The notes beneath the pieces are model-generated. The model saw nothing but the letters and a program-made list of their open reading frames with translations, was not told where the DNA came from and searched no databases. From Muribaculaceae bacterium (GTDB lineage: Bacteria > Bacteroidota > Bacteroidia > Bacteroidales > Muribaculaceae): a stretch of 63,935 bases of DNA. Shown piece by piece: positions 61,566-63,935 of the stretch. Both the position numbers and the translations under genes were made by a program. Location: contig JAIDUH010000005.1 of assembly GCA_029060285.1 (NCBI GenBank), positions 1-63,935 of the forward strand. The letters run 5' to 3'. How positions within the stretch are numbered: the stretch's first letter is position 1; every line of letters starts with the position of its first letter.

Positions 61566-63677
61566 TCACTCCTCCCATCTGAACACAGCCCCGTTCCTAC
61601 GTGCCGGATCAGCTCCATTATAGTCCATTGAATAAGGACTTCCCGTAGTGGGACTCTTACCTACATACTTATGTGTCTTAGTCGACATCAACATAAACTC
61701 CTTGTCGAGATAATCCTGCCACATGAACTCCTCAGCTTTTGACTCATCATTCGTCAATCTGACATCGCCCGGAAGTCCTTCTCCCGCCACGAACACATAT
61801 CGTCCATCACCGGTCTGAAGGATCACCTTGCCGTTGCCTCTGTCAATGACATTGAACTCGGTCTGAGGATTCCTTGCACCAAAGGCTGTGTCGTGAAGCA
61901 ATCCATGGCGTGTGGCATGCATTGGAAGCCCGGTAGCAAGATTTATAATTCTGAATGTCTTTCCATATGGAATATTACCGCGGCGGTCAGCCTTAAGTTC
62001 ATCTACAGTGAAATTGTCAAATTCAGCAAAGCCTCCATTCTTTCCATTTTTGTTAAATGCGAAAAGTCCCGGACGCGAGCCTTGGAATGTTATTAGCTGG
62101 TAACTGAGCGTCATGTCATCGCCGAGAGGCTTGAAAGTCACCCCATCTGTGGAGTAGCAATATCTTGCCCGATCCATATCATAATCTCCGTGCAGACGTA
62201 GCCATATCTTTTCGGTCTTGGCTGGAAGCACCACGTCAAGGGTATCGTTTTTCAGCTGCTCAAACCTTCGCAATGTCAGCTTGTCTCCATCCTTCACCAC
62301 TCCGATCCAGCTGCAAGGCACATTTATGTTGCATAGTCCGGCTACATCTCCATCCTTTAATCCTGCAGTATACAACTCTACGGTCACGTCCGACTCCGGA
62401 CCGACGGCACGCTGGGTAAGTGTGTTGCGGGCCCACATGAGCTGATCGGCAGGCATTGTGTTGAGCCGAAGGCGTCCTTTGTTCAGCTTCCATTTGCTGT
62501 CGTCGGGATTATGGTTCCATTGCCATACGCGTCCGAGTGCCTTTCCGTTGAAATCCTCATTGCGCTCATATGGGGCATGGATTGGTTCGGTGTCGCGGGC
62601 CGACGTCTCAGGCTTCAGCCATGTGCGTGGCGCACGACCGAGGTTTCCTTCAAGACCAATCATTGGCCAACCATCCTTCCATGTGATCGGAGCCAGTCCC
62701 GGAACTCTTCCGATAGAATGGAAATCCTGCATCAACACTGCCCACCATTGCCCGTCGGGAGTATCTACGATTCCTCCCTGATGAATATTGGAGGCTGCTG
62801 TTTTGTCCTTATCCGGCATGTCCACACCTACAGGATGGTCATCAGGCATTATTCTACCCTTGATCCTTGTCATGGGAGCGGCATGATATCCGAATGTCTC
62901 GTCAGCTGTTATCACACGTGTCTCATATGGTCCCCAAATATTGTCAGCACGGCTGCAGAGTGTGCGGCCATTCGGAATATAATCAGTAGATATAAGATAA
63001 TATTTACCGTCGATCTTATACATATGATGCCCCTCCCCGACTCCGTTTCCTTCAGGAATTATGACTCTTTCCGTTCCTTCTATCGGGCCGGACATATCCG
63101 GGTGCAATTCGGTACACTTCACCTCTCCGTAGCCATGAATGGCATATATCTTTCCGTCGTCATCAAACAAGACGCCAAGATCATATATATTGCCCTTCAT
63201 ATTGGAATGCTTCCACGGACCTTCAATTTTGTCACTTGTGAAGCATTGCAGCCCCTTGCCGTTGACATTGCTGTAGAGATAGAACTTTCCGTCATGGTGC
63301 CGGATGCAAGGAGCCCAGATTCCCTGCCCGTAGATTTCCTTTCCGTTCTTGAGAGAGAAAGCATCGTCATCGAAATCAAAGCGGTCAAAACAATACGATA
63401 CATTTTCCCAATTGACAAGGTCTTTCGAATGAAGTATCACAAGGCCGGGAACACTATGCATTGTAGTGCCGGCAAGGTAATAGTCCTCACCTACACGAAT
63501 GACGTCAGGATCGGAAAACTCATCATAAAAGAGAGGATTAGTAAAAGTGCCGTTTCCATTATCCGCACTCCAAGATTTTACATCGCGTTGAATCGAATCT
63601 GCATACGCATTCCCTGCAGGATATGACAACAACGCCATTCCTGTCAAAACTCCAAAAAATACTAACTTTTTCATCAT
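61566..63677 (-). CDS. Glycoside hydrolase family 43 with C-terminal beta-sandwich and beta-trefoil-like modules
   Basis: FSDPDVIRVG, WAP, YDLGVLFDDDG, GEGHHMYK, HQGG, WQWNHNP. Confidence 0.92.
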   Translation of the reverse strand: MMKKLVFFGVLTGMALLSYPAGNAYADSIQRDVKSWSADNGNGTFTNPLFYDEFSDPDVIRVGEDYYLAGTTMHSVPGLVILHSKDLVNWENVSYCFDRFDFDDDAFSLKNGKEIYGQGIWAPCIRHHDGKFYLYSNVNGKGLQCFTSDKIEGPWKHSNMKGNIYDLGVLFDDDGKIYAIHGYGEVKCTELHPDMSGPIEGTERVIIPEGNGVGEGHHMYKIDGKYYLISTDYIPNGRTLCSRADNIWGPYETRVITADETFGYHAAPMTRIKGRIMPDDHPVGVDMPDKDKTAASNIHQGGIVDTPDGQWWAVLMQDFHSIGRVPGLAPITWKDGWPMIGLEGNLGRAPRTWLKPETSARDTEPIHAPYERNEDFNGKALGRVWQWNHNPDDSKWKLNKGRLRLNTMPADQLMWARNTLTQRAVGPESDVTVELYTAGLKDGDVAGLCNINVPCSWIGVVKDGDKLTLRRFEQLKNDTLDVVLPAKTEKIWLRLHGDYDMDRARYCYSTDGVTFKPLGDDMTLSYQLITFQGSRPGLFAFNKNGKNGGFAEFDNFTVDELKADRRGNIPYGKTFRIINLATGLPMHATRHGLLHDTAFGARNPQTEFNVIDRGNGKVILQTGDGRYVFVAGEGLPGDVRLTNDESKAEEFMWQDYLDKEFMLMSTKTHKYVGKSPTTGSPYSMDYNGADPARRNGAVFRWEE

Positions 63678-63697
63678 GACATTAGAGTAGTATAAAT

Positions 63698-63730
63698 AAA
63701 AAAAGACACACTCATTACTGAGTGTGTCTT
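63698..63730 (-). terminator. rRNA operon terminator
   Basis: AAGACACACTCA-ttac-TGAGTGTGTCTT with a T-tract on the minus strand, directly after 5S. Confidence 0.85.
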
Positions 63731-63734
63731 CGTA

Positions 63735-63845
<111 letters not shown>

Positions 63846-63935
63846 ATCCTGAAAGAGCACTGACCGCGGAAGCGGCGGGAAGACATCCTGAGCCAACTTT
63901 GTCGGCAAAGTACGGGTTGTTTGTTTCTCCCGGAA

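Noticed and set aside
62511-63626. 371-aa plus-strand ORF
   Set aside because: Antisense shadow of the GH43 gene.
63846-63935. 23S rRNA 3' end
   Set aside because: No recognisable 23S sequence. Most likely the 23S-5S spacer cut by the window edge.

Overview
Chromosomal segment of a gut Bacteroidales organism. The phylum call rests on TAnnTTTG/TTTG sigma-A promoters, typical gene order and a Bacteroidales-type 5S rRNA; a Muribaculaceae-like placement is only my impression. The left 9.2 kb is an accessory/defence-like island: a WYL-type wHTH protein lacking the WYL domain, a metallophosphoesterase, an AAA ATPase with internal repeats and a palindromic operator, an orphan phage holin-like gene, and an AT-rich M-R-M restriction-modification operon (two C5 methyltransferases around a DUF3883-like nuclease). 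Most of the rest is housekeeping: dapF-dapL, SUI1, an AddA/UvrD-like helicase-nuclease, fucI-fucP, argS, HU, two rhomboids, OmpA, tRNA-Leu(TAA) with a small degenerate islet, an Rpn nuclease, porG-like-uppS-bamA-skp-skp-murI, ribD, ilvD-B-N-C, TPR-DUF4292-EnvC, ferredoxin, M3 peptidase, GT2, a BNR protein, a DcaP-like porin, GH43 and a 5S rRNA at the right end. The best candidate for an under-described system is 50.9-54.2 kb. An ECF sigma factor is fused through a TM helix and a long linker to an outer-membrane beta-barrel. It shares an identically spaced promoter motif (CATGCAGTATT-N12-RTATCT) with a downstream operon encoding an MYG-motif lipoprotein and a radical SAM/SPASM enzyme. A second notable signal is a dense set of 7-, 9- and 10-mer micro-arrays at gene 3' ends, several arranged as inverted pairs. 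All product calls come from motif recognition by eye; no database searches were run.
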